A stretch of 55,742 nt of DNA from a virus (lineage: Duplodnaviria > Caudoviricetes), in IMG/VR virus record IMGVR_UViG_3300025513_000009, positions 1-55,742 of that record. One strand, 5' to 3'. A program made the position numbers and the translations under genes. Under the pieces are notes generated by a model. It worked only from the letters and a program-made list of their open reading frames with translations, did not search any database and was not told the DNA's origin. Positions 36,673 through 46,668 of the stretch are shown here, piece by piece (position 1 is the first letter of the stretch; every line of letters starts with the position of its first letter).

Positions 36673-36923
36673 TATGTTACCTTTCTATACTTCTTTACTT
36701 TCTTTGCAATGGCTTTCGGTTGTTTCACAAACTGTTTGCCCTGCTTTGTTCCTTGGCGCTTTGCTTTGGTCGTTGCCGCATACTCCGCAGATGATAGGCT
36801 CTTGATTGCTTTCTCTGGTAGATATCTTTCGCCTGTCTTCGAAGAAGGCTTTCCAGATTTTGTTTGCCATTTTTGTTTTGTCCATTGGTTTAAACTTTTC
36901 TGAGACTTTTTTAGTCCAGGCAT
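36672..36923 (-). CDS. Small basic protein
   Basis: 83 aa, SL..WTKQKW.TKSGK...GERYLP. Confidence 0.75.
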   Translation of the reverse strand: MPGLKKSQKSLNQWTKQKWQTKSGKPSSKTGERYLPEKAIKSLSSAEYAATTKAKRQGTKQGKQFVKQPKAIAKKVKKYRKVT

Positions 36924-37105
36924 TATGATTTGTACCCGCCGCCCTTTGCTTTATATTGCTTGGCTAACATCTGTGCTTTTCTTGCTGACCATTGACCAGC
37001 TCCGCCACCTTTACTGCCTGCTTTAATATTATTAAACAAAGTCTTCCTCATACCTGGCTTGGTATAATTAGCTGCTTTATTGACAGTGCTTTTACTGCCA
37101 ACCAT
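36923..37105 (-). CDS. Small basic protein
   Basis: 60 aa, YTKP...GQWSARKAQ...YKAKGGGY. Confidence 0.75.
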   Translation of the reverse strand: MVGSKSTVNKAANYTKPGMRKTLFNNIKAGSKGGGAGQWSARKAQMLAKQYKAKGGGYKS

Positions 37106-37254
37106 TAAGGTTTCTTCTTAAGCTTCTTAAACTTCTTAACTATTTTTTCTAGCTTAGGAGACATTTTAATTTTAGGCTTAGGCTTACCACCTGGAGCATT
37201 TGCTTTAGGTTTATTTTTAGTAGTCTGATATAGACTAGCTCTGGACATAGCCAT
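37105..37254 (-). CDS. Small Lys-rich protein (49 aa)
   Basis: Fills the gap exactly, with its stop overlapping the next start: MAMSRASLYQ...KKLKKKP. Confidence 0.65.
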   Translation of the reverse strand: MAMSRASLYQTTKNKPKANAPGGKPKPKIKMSPKLEKIVKKFKKLKKKP

Positions 37255-37256
37255 TA

Positions 37257-37682
37257 CTATCTAGCCTTGTTGCCTAGTTTAGTGTTAAGATATTTCTTTA
37301 AATCTTTTTTACCATCTTTGAATCCAGCCTTCTTAACTTCATCTTTAGTGGTGGCTGCATACTTCTTACCATTGTAGTCAAACTCTTTAACGCCAGCTTT
37401 CTTAGCAGCTTTAAAAGCTTCGCCAAAACTTTGCTTAGATTTTTTAGGGTTAGCTAACTTTAAAGGATCAGGTCCTTTTGATTTACCTTTAGTAGAGATA
37501 TCAATTTTTTTAGTCGGAGATGTAATTAATTTCTTAACGTCAGATCCAACTTGTTTTATGAAATCACTTCCTCTTTTAAACCCATCTTTAAGGCCGCCTG
37601 TTGATTTACTTTTAGTACCTGTTGCCTTAGGTCCTTTAGGTTTAGTTAAGTTGCCTCTTGTATTATAATTTTTATTCGCCAT
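37257..37682 (-). CDS. Lys-rich protein
   Basis: 141 aa with an SFGEAFKAAK...F.YNGKKY motif. Confidence 0.75.
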   Translation of the reverse strand: MANKNYNTRGNLTKPKGPKATGTKSKSTGGLKDGFKRGSDFIKQVGSDVKKLITSPTKKIDISTKGKSKGPDPLKLANPKKSKQSFGEAFKAAKKAGVKEFDYNGKKYAATTKDEVKKAGFKDGKKDLKKYLNTKLGNKAR

Positions 37683-37707
37683 TTTATTCCTTTACTGTTT
37701 GGGGTTA

Positions 37708-37803
37708 CTACGAACCGTTAGATTCGTCTTCGATTTTAACTGCATCCCCGCCAACTTTTACAGTAGGTACAGCAAGTACTATCTCGTCTGTTATTTTTTC
37801 CAT
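37708..37803 (-). CDS. Possible leaderless 31-aa peptide
   Basis: ATG 7 nt below TATAAT: MEKITDEIVLAVPTVKVGGDAVKIEDESNGS. Confidence 0.45.
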   Translation of the reverse strand: MEKITDEIVLAVPTVKVGGDAVKIEDESNGS

Positions 37804-37810
37804 AACAAAC

Positions 37811-37861
37811 ATTATACCACCGCAGAAACTTGTTGACAAGGGGTAAAAACCGTGGTAATAT
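37811..37861. promoter_or_regulatory. Back-to-back divergent promoters with overlapping -35 hexamers
   Basis: Plus strand: TTGACA(37833)-17-TAATAT. Minus strand: TTGTCA(37839)-17-TATAAT. Confidence 0.7.
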
Positions 37862-37885
37862 TCACAATCTACAGGAGAACTATAC

Positions 37886-39109
37886 ATGAAAAATAAACTA
37901 ATAGACGCACTAAACGCGGTCATTTCTGCCAAGGGAAACAAGGCAGCAGCTGCCCGAACACTAGGCATTCCGCGCACTACGTTACTCGAACGATTAGAAC
38001 AAGCACAACTCAAAGGGGTTAAGCCCACATTGGTGCCCCCTGATGCGGAGGCTGCACTGATAGAGAAACAATTCGAGCATGACGCAGAGATGCGCATACT
38101 TAAAAGGCAAGTCGAAGTACTAGCTAAAGAAAATGTATCACATCAAAGAATTAAAGATAGCCTTATTAAAGCTGACACGTATGTAGCTAAGCCACCTAAG
38201 TGGTTAACCAAATCATCTCCAGCGAGAGGGGCACCTGGAGTACCTACTATCTTCTTGTCCGACTTCCATTGGGGAGAGGTAGTAGTTAAAGAAGCGGTGG
38301 GCGGTATCAATGAATACGATAGAACCATAGCCTCACGTAGGTTACGTACCGTTATTGAAACCACTATTGACTTATGTACTAACCATATGGTCAACCCAAA
38401 GTATCCTGGAATTGTTGTAGCCCTTGGCGGTGACATGATATCAGGAGACATTCATGATGAGCTAGCCGAGAACAATGATGGCTCCAACATAGAGCATGTA
38501 CTTGATTTAATAGACGAGTTGTCATGGGGTTTAGAAAAGTTTGCCGATGTGTTCGGTAAAGTCTTTGTACCTTGTACCTTTGGTAATCACTCCAGAACGT
38601 ACAAACAATACAGACATAAGCAAGCCGCCAAAACTAACTATGATTGGATGCTATATAACCTATTGTCTAGGCACTTTAAGAATGATGATCGTATTCAGTT
38701 TCAAATTCCTAGTGGATTCGATACTGTATACAAGATCTTTGGTGTAAGTTATTTACTGACACACGGAGATCGCCTAGGTGTAGCAGGTGGTTCAGGTATC
38801 ATAGGTATGCTTGGTCCTATCGCTAGAGGTGTGCAGAAAATTAAGCAAGAGTACAACAATCGAAACAAAACAATTGACTATGTTATCTTGGGCCACTATC
38901 ACCAATACATATCTCTTAAAGGAACGATTGTTAACGGCTCGACTAAAGGGTACGATGAGTATGCTTACTCAAATAGATTCGTATCAGAAAGACCTCAGCA
39001 AGCATTGTGGTTTACACACCCACAATATGGAGTAACCTTTCAAGTTCCTGTAGTAGCGGAAAACTCAGTAGCCGCAAAGTCTAATGACTGGGTACAGTGG
39101 TCTAAGTAA
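37886..39109 (+). CDS. HTH-coiled coil-calcineurin-like metallophosphoesterase
   Basis: Fis-type HTH (GNKAAAARTLGIPRTTL); SDFH, GGD, GNH, HGD and GHYH motifs. Confidence 0.85.
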   Translation: MKNKLIDALNAVISAKGNKAAAARTLGIPRTTLLERLEQAQLKGVKPTLVPPDAEAALIEKQFEHDAEMRILKRQVEVLAKENVSHQRIKDSLIKADTYVAKPPKWLTKSSPARGAPGVPTIFLSDFHWGEVVVKEAVGGINEYDRTIASRRLRTVIETTIDLCTNHMVNPKYPGIVVALGGDMISGDIHDELAENNDGSNIEHVLDLIDELSWGLEKFADVFGKVFVPCTFGNHSRTYKQYRHKQAAKTNYDWMLYNLLSRHFKNDDRIQFQIPSGFDTVYKIFGVSYLLTHGDRLGVAGGSGIIGMLGPIARGVQKIKQEYNNRNKTIDYVILGHYHQYISLKGTIVNGSTKGYDEYAYSNRFVSERPQQALWFTHPQYGVTFQVPVVAENSVAAKSNDWVQWSK

Positions 39110-39126
39110 TCACTATAGGTGCGGGG

Positions 39127-42100
39127 CTATTGTAAGCCTCGCGCCTCCCTATCAGCTAAAGTATCGACAAAATTAAAATATCCAGACTTTGCATATCTTA
39201 CTTCTTTGTTAATGTCAGAGAAAGCTTCTTGCAATAACCTATATGTATCAACTGTTAACAAATTCTTAGGTTTCTGTTTACTATTATAATCAAAAATTTC
39301 TAGCATAATTTTATTTAATTCGTTTTGTGCATCAAATTGTGCATCTCTATTATCTTCCTGTATACCAACTAACAGTTCTCTAAATGTGTTTTTAACTCTA
39401 TTGTTAAATCTTTTCTGCCTAATAGAGTTACGCCCTGAATTTTTTCTTTCTAAGAATAACACTTCTCTTTCCTTGGATAATTTAGTGGGATTAAATCCTA
39501 GTACTTTAGCTAAACCTTCTAGTGCATTTATGTCAGAAGATATAGTGGTACCGTATCCGCTTTCAGCTTTACCTGTTAATCCCATTTGCCCACCTTTAAC
39601 TGCATTAGTTAAAAAAGTAGGAAGTGCTGTGTGCATTACAGCTGCCCAAGGAAACTCTCCTGTTTGATCATAGTCTCTAAACGCTTTTCTAGCATTTTGA
39701 AACAGTATAGCACCAGGTGCTCCAAATACAGCATCAGGAGTTGTTCCTGTATTAAAACCAGCCAAACCTAAAGCAGCTCTTATTTGTTGTGATCCAGGTA
39801 TATTACCAAAAGATAATCTTCTTTGTACATCTATACCAAGAGCAGCGTTAAACACTCCGTCTGTGAAAAGTTCTGTAGCCCGTGGCCCAATGCTGGCAGA
39901 TAACATTTTTTTAGTTTCGTTTCTTATATCTATATCTAATCCAGGGAATGTTTTTAACATCATCTCCATAAGCCAAGCTAAGTCATCACCAAATGGTAGT
40001 CCAAATAAACCACCTGTTGATAATATCATAACCATTTGTTTAGCTAATATTTTTCTACCTATAGCACGTTGGGCAGGACTACCTGACCTTGTCAATAGTC
40101 TACCCATTAAACTAAACATCTGACTTATATAAGTTTGAAACAATAAAAATACAGAACCAATTCCTCTCATTAATTCAGGCCTTTGTTCTTTTCCGTACAC
40201 ACCAAAATTTTCTTCTATCATTTGTTGTGCTACAATTCGAGGAGTAACCACTCCATTGTTAGCATTTACATTAGCTATAAAATCTCTATCACTAGAGTAA
40301 TGATCTGTTGCATTTTGAATAGACTTAGGGTCTTTCATCATTCTATACGTAGCAATATACGCAGATAGTCTAGCTACAGTTTCCATAGTATTAAACATAC
40401 CACCTATTATAGTATTCTCTACAGTTCTAAACTTTTCTCTATTTTTATCTCTACCGCTTCTAATACCTGCACCTGTAGGCATCCCAGTTTCATGTAAGGC
40501 CATGCCTTGTTTTATAATACCATTCATAATATCAAGCTTAGCATCTTCTTTAATATCGTCAGGCAGTTTACTAAAATCTAAAAACACGTCTTGATATTTT
40601 CTACCATTAAATTGCATCATAGCCATTACTTCTTTAAAAGCCTTACTTAACTCTACGACAGCTGATTGTTTATTTCCGCTAAGAGTACTGATAGTTGGGC
40701 CAACAAATTGTACAATACTCATTAACTGTAACAATGCTGATGACACGTTACCACCTAAGAAATACCAAAAACCCATTCTTCTAATTGCTGCATATTCTTG
40801 CTTAGGATCACTTACATAATCATACCATTTCTTAATAGATTTTTGTAACATAGGGTCAACTGAATTACCTTCAGAATCTATAACATCATCTTGTTGTGAC
40901 TTAATAAATGCATCACTAATACTTTTATTAAATCTATTTCCTGCAGCAAATGTACTAGAAGCTTGCCCATATTGACTAATTCCCCTTACGAAATCTGTAC
41001 TAAAACCAGGAACACCTCCCTGTTTTTTACGAGGAGCAATAAAAGAACTAAAACCTACAACAGGTTGACCAGCTGAGCTTCCCTTATTCAGTATAGTATT
41101 TAATTCTTTTCTAATCTCTAGATAAGCATTCACATTTACATCAGACATGGACTGAGCTGCTGAATCTATTGAAGCTAGATCTGCAATACGATTTTGTTTT
41201 AACCTATTTAATGATACTTCTTTAGTATCAGATATAATAAATTCATTTGAATCTCCATACTTTTCATTTAAATCTTGTCGTACTTCTTTTTCTTCATTCA
41301 TAAATTTGTCAATGTATTTCCCTTTATTAAACATTCTATAATCAACAACCTCACCTGTTGTTTTATTTTTAACAGTAATAAACTTATCACCATACCTTTG
41401 TAAAGGGATATAATCTGTTTTTAAAAACTCATCATATTTTTTTAATTCAAAGTTAAGAGCCAATAATCCTGATCCAACTTTAAACTGTTCGTCTTTTGTT
41501 TCATCTAGTCTACCTAACATGGTGCTAATTCTTGAAGACAATTCTTTTCTTCTGTCTTCAGTTAAAGGAAGGCCGTTAATATTTTGTATGTCTGTAGATA
41601 AAGAAAGGTTTTGTATACCTTGTAAAATATCTACCATAGCATCAATGTCTCCTGATGTTAAGTTTTCATAATCTTCTTTTGTCATTTCATTAATTGACTT
41701 AGTACCATTAATAAATATTTTAGCATCAGGCTGTGGTACAAACTCAGCCATTAGATCTAAAACATCGTTTAGAAGAGGAAGAGAATTACCTCCTGCTAAC
41801 ATTCCTTTTATGATTTCTTTATGTTGCAATTGAATAGCTAATTGTACATCTTCGTAAGCAGTAGCTATATCTCCCTCTAAGACAACAACATCTCCAGCTT
41901 TAACTGTACTACCTGCTCCATCTCCATCTCTTTCTGCTCTAAAAATAATTCGACCATCAGAGTCTTTTCTATATCTGCCTGCAACTTGTTGAGATATTTC
42001 AAACGCTTTTTCTAATAATATTTTATACTCTGGATTTTGAATAACTGTAGTAAATATTTCACTTAGTTTATCTACATATTGGCTTTGCAATTCTTTAGTT

Positions 42101-45100
42101 TTTAAATTTTTGTTGTAAACTCCTAACCACAATGGAGTAAAGATAGGATGTTCTTTTGCCCATATCCTAGCGTGCCCCATAATTCTCTGAAAGAATCCAA
42201 ACTTGTTAGGGTTAGTAACGTTATTATCTTTATTAGTAAATGTATTTTTATCTTGATCAATGAGATTTGCAGTTCGCCTTTGCTGATCTCTAACTTCAGA
42301 TCTTTTAGGTTTAGGCCTTTGATTATCTTTGGAGTCAGTAGGGTCGTCAATAAAAGCTTGTGACTGATTAAAGTGATAGTCTATATAAGAAGGGTCATCA
42401 GGATCTAATCCCATTCGCGTGCCCCTCTTCCTATTAACAGCAATAGTCTTACTTACTTCTCTGACTAACTCTTGTGCTCTTTTCTTTTGTCGCTTACCCA
42501 AACTAATTTCTTCAAAAATTTGTTCAGGTTTTTTATAATTCGTATCAAATAAAGTATCAGATAGTGCAATAAGATATGCTTCTAGTTTTAAGAAAGCTTG
42601 CTTGACTGGTCCTTTATAAATCTTATCTCTCAATATGTGAGAGGCAAATGCGTCTGACATTGCTTCTTCAAGCTGTTGATCTTCTGTTAAGTTCGGGTAT
42701 CTTTCTTTAATGTTGTATTCTTTTATCCAATTTTCTTTGGCATATTTTTTAAACAATGTTAATTCTTTAGCAGTAAAGAAACCGTTCTCTATAAGAGCGT
42801 GCATAGCTTCATGATGTAACATAAAGAGTCTAGACTCTATGCCAGTAATTTCTCTACCAAATGTTTGTTTACCCCCAATACTATTTACAGATAAAATACT
42901 TATCCACTGAGGGTTTTGGAAAGTTAAACCCATGTTAACTAAATCTTCATGAATTAAAAAGTTACCTTTGTGACCTTCTTCTTTCATTTTATTTAACAAG
43001 AACTCACTAAGAGGTTTACCTTCCATGTTTAAACCTACAAAACTTAAACCCAATTGATCTAATCTATCTCTAAGCATTTGATAGATTCCTTTTTCATTGT
43101 TTTCAAATGCAGGAGTTAATTTAAAATCAGGGTTGTCTTTATAAAATTTACTTAAGACTTGTTTCTGTGTAACTTTTTTTGTCTTTCCTTTTACTTTAGT
43201 AGTTAGAGGTCCTCTGCCTCTATAAGAATTTACAGAGATTTTTTCTAGCTCTGAATCTGTAAAAGGTTTTAATCCGAAAGATGCTATTGTTTTTTGCCAC
43301 AAGGTTTGATTAGCTTCAGCATTGTTTAGTAAGTTGTTTAGAAAATTTAATTCAGTAGCTTTAGCTTCTTCAGATATAAACGGATTGTTTTGTGTGGCTT
43401 GTATTTGATTTCTTAAACCTCGTATAGCACTAGGGCTTGCGTCACTCTGATTGCCTTTAAAAGCAGTTCTTGATAATTCATTTAATGTAAGTAATCTGCT
43501 TTCAGGATTTTGTTCTGATACCTCAATCGCATCATCTAGAAATTTTAACTCAGTGTTAATTTCATTACGTTCTTGTTCTGTGGTTGCTCTGTTTAATTTA
43601 TTATTTAATTGATTCTTACGATTTCTTATTCGAGCATTAGCTGCTTCTTGAATTGCAGAGGCTTCTTGTGGGACAGTAACAACTACTTCACCAGTAGGTT
43701 CATTGGTCTTTATAACCTTAGCATCATTGTATATTTTATTATTTAAAATATCTTCCAGCATTTCTCTGCCATAAGATTTTTTAGTCTTGGGATTTATATT
43801 AGTATTATTTTTAATACCTGAGACTACTGCTTCTCCCATAGTAGGTTCATTAAGAATTTCAATAGTACTTTCTTGATTCTCTACAACTCTAGTAGATTTT
43901 TTAAAGTAACCCAGTTTATCTAGAGCACTAAGCTCTTCTTCTGAAACATAGTTTTCATTTTCACGAGAGTCTTTAGCGAACTCTACAATTTGGTAGTCAT
44001 CATATCTATCAATCTCGCTTTGAGGATAACCTCGTTCTTTTAATATTTTTTTAGATTTATTTAATGTTTTTTTATTTACAGGTAAAGATTTATTGTAAGG
44101 GATAAAATCTTGTTTAGCTACAGAGATATCATCAGGATTAATTTCACCTGTTTTAGAATCAATACTTTGTGCTTTAGTTGAGTCTATAGGTGCCTTAAGT
44201 TCATTCAATACAGATAGATCTGAGATAGGTTGTAATATGTTTTGTTCACCTGATCCTTCTTGATCACGTACAAGAACTGCAAACTTCTTTCCATTTTTTT
44301 CTACAACCCCTTTTACCTTATAAGTGGGTGTAATAATTTCCCTATTTTCATCTCTTTTCTGATTACCATCTTCGTCTTTAATATCATATACACCAGAAAC
44401 TGTATAGGTTTTACCTTTGTATTCTTGTACTTCAGGAGCGTCTTCAATAAGTTCATCATTACTAACATAGACACCACTCTCACCTATTTCTAAACTATCT
44501 ATTTTTCTTTTTCTTTTACCTATATTAACACTTTTAACTACACCACCTGCAATACCAAAAGGCCCTGAACCTGCTGCACCAGAAGCCGCAGCCTCTCCTG
44601 TAGCTTTCCAAAATTCTTTACTAGTATACAAGTCAGCCAACTCTGCTTTAACACTTTCACCAGGCTGTAATCCTTTTTCAATACGTCCTGCAGACTCAGT
44701 AAGAATATTCTGAGAACCCTCAGCTAAAGCCTCACCAGCTTGCGTCTTCAATAATTCTCTACCTATAATGCCTTTAGTTGTTTGCTTTAAAGTTTTATCT
44801 ACTGTTGCCTTGACAGCATCTTTTCCAAATTTTTTATATAAAGTTTGTTGCAGCATAGCACCTGCACCAAACAATCTTTCGGAAGCTGCATAAAATACAC
44901 CTGTTGCTAAAGATAGTCCAGCATTAGCTCCTTCAAAATCTCTTGCCTCTAGTTGAGCTATTCGAGAATCTCCGATACCCATACCATACATAGCACCAAT
45001 ACCTAGTGTAGGGTTGATTACACTAGCTGCAAAAATTGGGATAATAGTAGCAGCACCACTGCCTACGTTAAAACCAATCCAATCAATAAACTCACTTAGT

Positions 45101-45690
45101 TTATCTTCAGAGTTCATAATCTCTTCAATAGACGTAGTAAAAGCTTCTGCTTTACCTGTCTCTTCATTCATAGTATATTGACTAGCCGCACCTTCCAATT
45201 GATACTGTTGAATGGCTTTGTTAGTAGCTTCCTCTAATTCTTCCATGGCTAATAAATCAGCTATAGTTCCGAGTGCCCCTGCTCCTATTTGTTTAAGACC
45301 AGACCAACCACCCTTGAGGCCTTTCATAATAGAGGTATCGTTTAAATCATCAGCAGCGTTATATCTTTCTGCAGACAACCCATACTTGTATAAGAAACCT
45401 TGGTCGTATAATTGTTTTTCTACTTGTTCAGATTTTAATATCTCTGCAATCTGTTCGTTAGTTGCATCAGCCCTGACCTTTATGAAGGGGGCACTTGGGT
45501 CGTCAGATATCTTTACTCTTTTAGTGGGTATTGATTTAGGATCGGGAGAAGGAACTAAATTGTTCCCTAGTTGTGATTGACTTGAAGATTGGAATAACTC
45601 AGGATATTGCGAGATAACTTCTTGAGCACGGGTGTTGGCAGCCGCTGTGGGATCATAAGGTGTAGGTGTATACTTTACGTCTTCTGCCAT
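39127..45690 (-). CDS. Large internal virion/ejection protein
   Basis: 2187 aa, last of the ejection-protein cluster; hydrophobic Gly/Ala segments and an internal HHEAMH...EE motif. Confidence 0.8.
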   Translation of the reverse strand: MAEDVKYTPTPYDPTAAANTRAQEVISQYPELFQSSSQSQLGNNLVPSPDPKSIPTKRVKISDDPSAPFIKVRADATNEQIAEILKSEQVEKQLYDQGFLYKYGLSAERYNAADDLNDTSIMKGLKGGWSGLKQIGAGALGTIADLLAMEELEEATNKAIQQYQLEGAASQYTMNEETGKAEAFTTSIEEIMNSEDKLSEFIDWIGFNVGSGAATIIPIFAASVINPTLGIGAMYGMGIGDSRIAQLEARDFEGANAGLSLATGVFYAASERLFGAGAMLQQTLYKKFGKDAVKATVDKTLKQTTKGIIGRELLKTQAGEALAEGSQNILTESAGRIEKGLQPGESVKAELADLYTSKEFWKATGEAAASGAAGSGPFGIAGGVVKSVNIGKRKRKIDSLEIGESGVYVSNDELIEDAPEVQEYKGKTYTVSGVYDIKDEDGNQKRDENREIITPTYKVKGVVEKNGKKFAVLVRDQEGSGEQNILQPISDLSVLNELKAPIDSTKAQSIDSKTGEINPDDISVAKQDFIPYNKSLPVNKKTLNKSKKILKERGYPQSEIDRYDDYQIVEFAKDSRENENYVSEEELSALDKLGYFKKSTRVVENQESTIEILNEPTMGEAVVSGIKNNTNINPKTKKSYGREMLEDILNNKIYNDAKVIKTNEPTGEVVVTVPQEASAIQEAANARIRNRKNQLNNKLNRATTEQERNEINTELKFLDDAIEVSEQNPESRLLTLNELSRTAFKGNQSDASPSAIRGLRNQIQATQNNPFISEEAKATELNFLNNLLNNAEANQTLWQKTIASFGLKPFTDSELEKISVNSYRGRGPLTTKVKGKTKKVTQKQVLSKFYKDNPDFKLTPAFENNEKGIYQMLRDRLDQLGLSFVGLNMEGKPLSEFLLNKMKEEGHKGNFLIHEDLVNMGLTFQNPQWISILSVNSIGGKQTFGREITGIESRLFMLHHEAMHALIENGFFTAKELTLFKKYAKENWIKEYNIKERYPNLTEDQQLEEAMSDAFASHILRDKIYKGPVKQAFLKLEAYLIALSDTLFDTNYKKPEQIFEEISLGKRQKKRAQELVREVSKTIAVNRKRGTRMGLDPDDPSYIDYHFNQSQAFIDDPTDSKDNQRPKPKRSEVRDQQRRTANLIDQDKNTFTNKDNNVTNPNKFGFFQRIMGHARIWAKEHPIFTPLWLGVYNKNLKTKELQSQYVDKLSEIFTTVIQNPEYKILLEKAFEISQQVAGRYRKDSDGRIIFRAERDGDGAGSTVKAGDVVVLEGDIATAYEDVQLAIQLQHKEIIKGMLAGGNSLPLLNDVLDLMAEFVPQPDAKIFINGTKSINEMTKEDYENLTSGDIDAMVDILQGIQNLSLSTDIQNINGLPLTEDRRKELSSRISTMLGRLDETKDEQFKVGSGLLALNFELKKYDEFLKTDYIPLQRYGDKFITVKNKTTGEVVDYRMFNKGKYIDKFMNEEKEVRQDLNEKYGDSNEFIISDTKEVSLNRLKQNRIADLASIDSAAQSMSDVNVNAYLEIRKELNTILNKGSSAGQPVVGFSSFIAPRKKQGGVPGFSTDFVRGISQYGQASSTFAAGNRFNKSISDAFIKSQQDDVIDSEGNSVDPMLQKSIKKWYDYVSDPKQEYAAIRRMGFWYFLGGNVSSALLQLMSIVQFVGPTISTLSGNKQSAVVELSKAFKEVMAMMQFNGRKYQDVFLDFSKLPDDIKEDAKLDIMNGIIKQGMALHETGMPTGAGIRSGRDKNREKFRTVENTIIGGMFNTMETVARLSAYIATYRMMKDPKSIQNATDHYSSDRDFIANVNANNGVVTPRIVAQQMIEENFGVYGKEQRPELMRGIGSVFLLFQTYISQMFSLMGRLLTRSGSPAQRAIGRKILAKQMVMILSTGGLFGLPFGDDLAWLMEMMLKTFPGLDIDIRNETKKMLSASIGPRATELFTDGVFNAALGIDVQRRLSFGNIPGSQQIRAALGLAGFNTGTTPDAVFGAPGAILFQNARKAFRDYDQTGEFPWAAVMHTALPTFLTNAVKGGQMGLTGKAESGYGTTISSDINALEGLAKVLGFNPTKLSKEREVLFLERKNSGRNSIRQKRFNNRVKNTFRELLVGIQEDNRDAQFDAQNELNKIMLEIFDYNSKQKPKNLLTVDTYRLLQEAFSDINKEVRYAKSGYFNFVDTLADREARGLQ

Positions 45691-45734
45691 TTGTTCCTCG
45701 CGCTATGCGCATTCAAGAGATTGTATCTCTTTAG

Positions 45735-46658
45735 TTATTTAATACCTGCAGTAGCATCAATATCTGTTGAAGCTGCTGAGTTACCTAGTGTTGTACTGTA
45801 ATTCTCGTCTTGTAAACTTTTTAAAATGTCAGCAAAGTTTGGATTTTTTTGCATCAGTTGGATTAAAGCCTGTTGAGTTACATCTTGAGGAGTGGATAGT
45901 CCTAAAGCTTTACCCGCTGCGGACGAAGTATTATCTTCTAAATATTTTCTTACAGCAGCACTATACTCTGGTGTACCTGGTTCGGCTAATGTGCTAGCGA
46001 ACAAAAATGCTCTGCTTGTTAAAGTAGTATTAATCATACCCTCTTTGTATAGCTTGTCTACTTCAGCTTTACTAATTGATAAAGCATCTGCTAATCCTTC
46101 TCGTCCTCTTTGATATTGTTTTTCTTCAGCTGCTGTTGATAGAGCTGTTATCTCTTTATCTTGTCTTTCAATTTCATTTAATAGTCCGTCACCTCTGCCT
46201 ATAGCATTACCTAAAGACACTAAGTCGTATTTTTCAAAAAATTTTTGAAGCATACCCCTATCGTCTTTTTCTTTTTCTGCAGTAGTTTCTTTTTTATTAT
46301 CTGTCTTTTCTGTAGTTTTTTTTGAATTATTTTCTTTTTCTTTTTTTCTTTTTAAATCTCTAAGTATTTTGTCCTCATAAAATTTTTCATCTGTAAGCGC
46401 AGCTATCCCTGAATCTTTAGCTTTTTTATCCGCAATTCTTTTATTAAGTTTTTCAACACCAAATCCTTCTACAGCGTCAAAATCTTTTTTATCAACAAAA
46501 CCGCCTTGCATAAAGCCATCTGCATCTGCATCAATGTATGGTGTATTTACAAATGGGATTGCATTTGTAAAGTCACTTGCAAAGTTGTAAGGATAAGATG
46601 CAGCAGATAGAATTCCTCTGTTTAACATTTCCAAGATACCTTTATTTTTTTCTGCCAT
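45735..46658 (-). CDS. Internal virion protein
   Basis: 307 aa, helical and charged; AGGAG RBS. Confidence 0.7.
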   Translation of the reverse strand: MAEKNKGILEMLNRGILSAASYPYNFASDFTNAIPFVNTPYIDADADGFMQGGFVDKKDFDAVEGFGVEKLNKRIADKKAKDSGIAALTDEKFYEDKILRDLKRKKEKENNSKKTTEKTDNKKETTAEKEKDDRGMLQKFFEKYDLVSLGNAIGRGDGLLNEIERQDKEITALSTAAEEKQYQRGREGLADALSISKAEVDKLYKEGMINTTLTSRAFLFASTLAEPGTPEYSAAVRKYLEDNTSSAAGKALGLSTPQDVTQQALIQLMQKNPNFADILKSLQDENYSTTLGNSAASTDIDATAGIK

Positions 46659-46668
46659 TATTTATCTC

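Noticed and set aside
37804-38097. Upstream part of the 129-aa minus-strand ORF
   Set aside because: Antisense to the HTH-phosphoesterase and crosses the divergent promoters.
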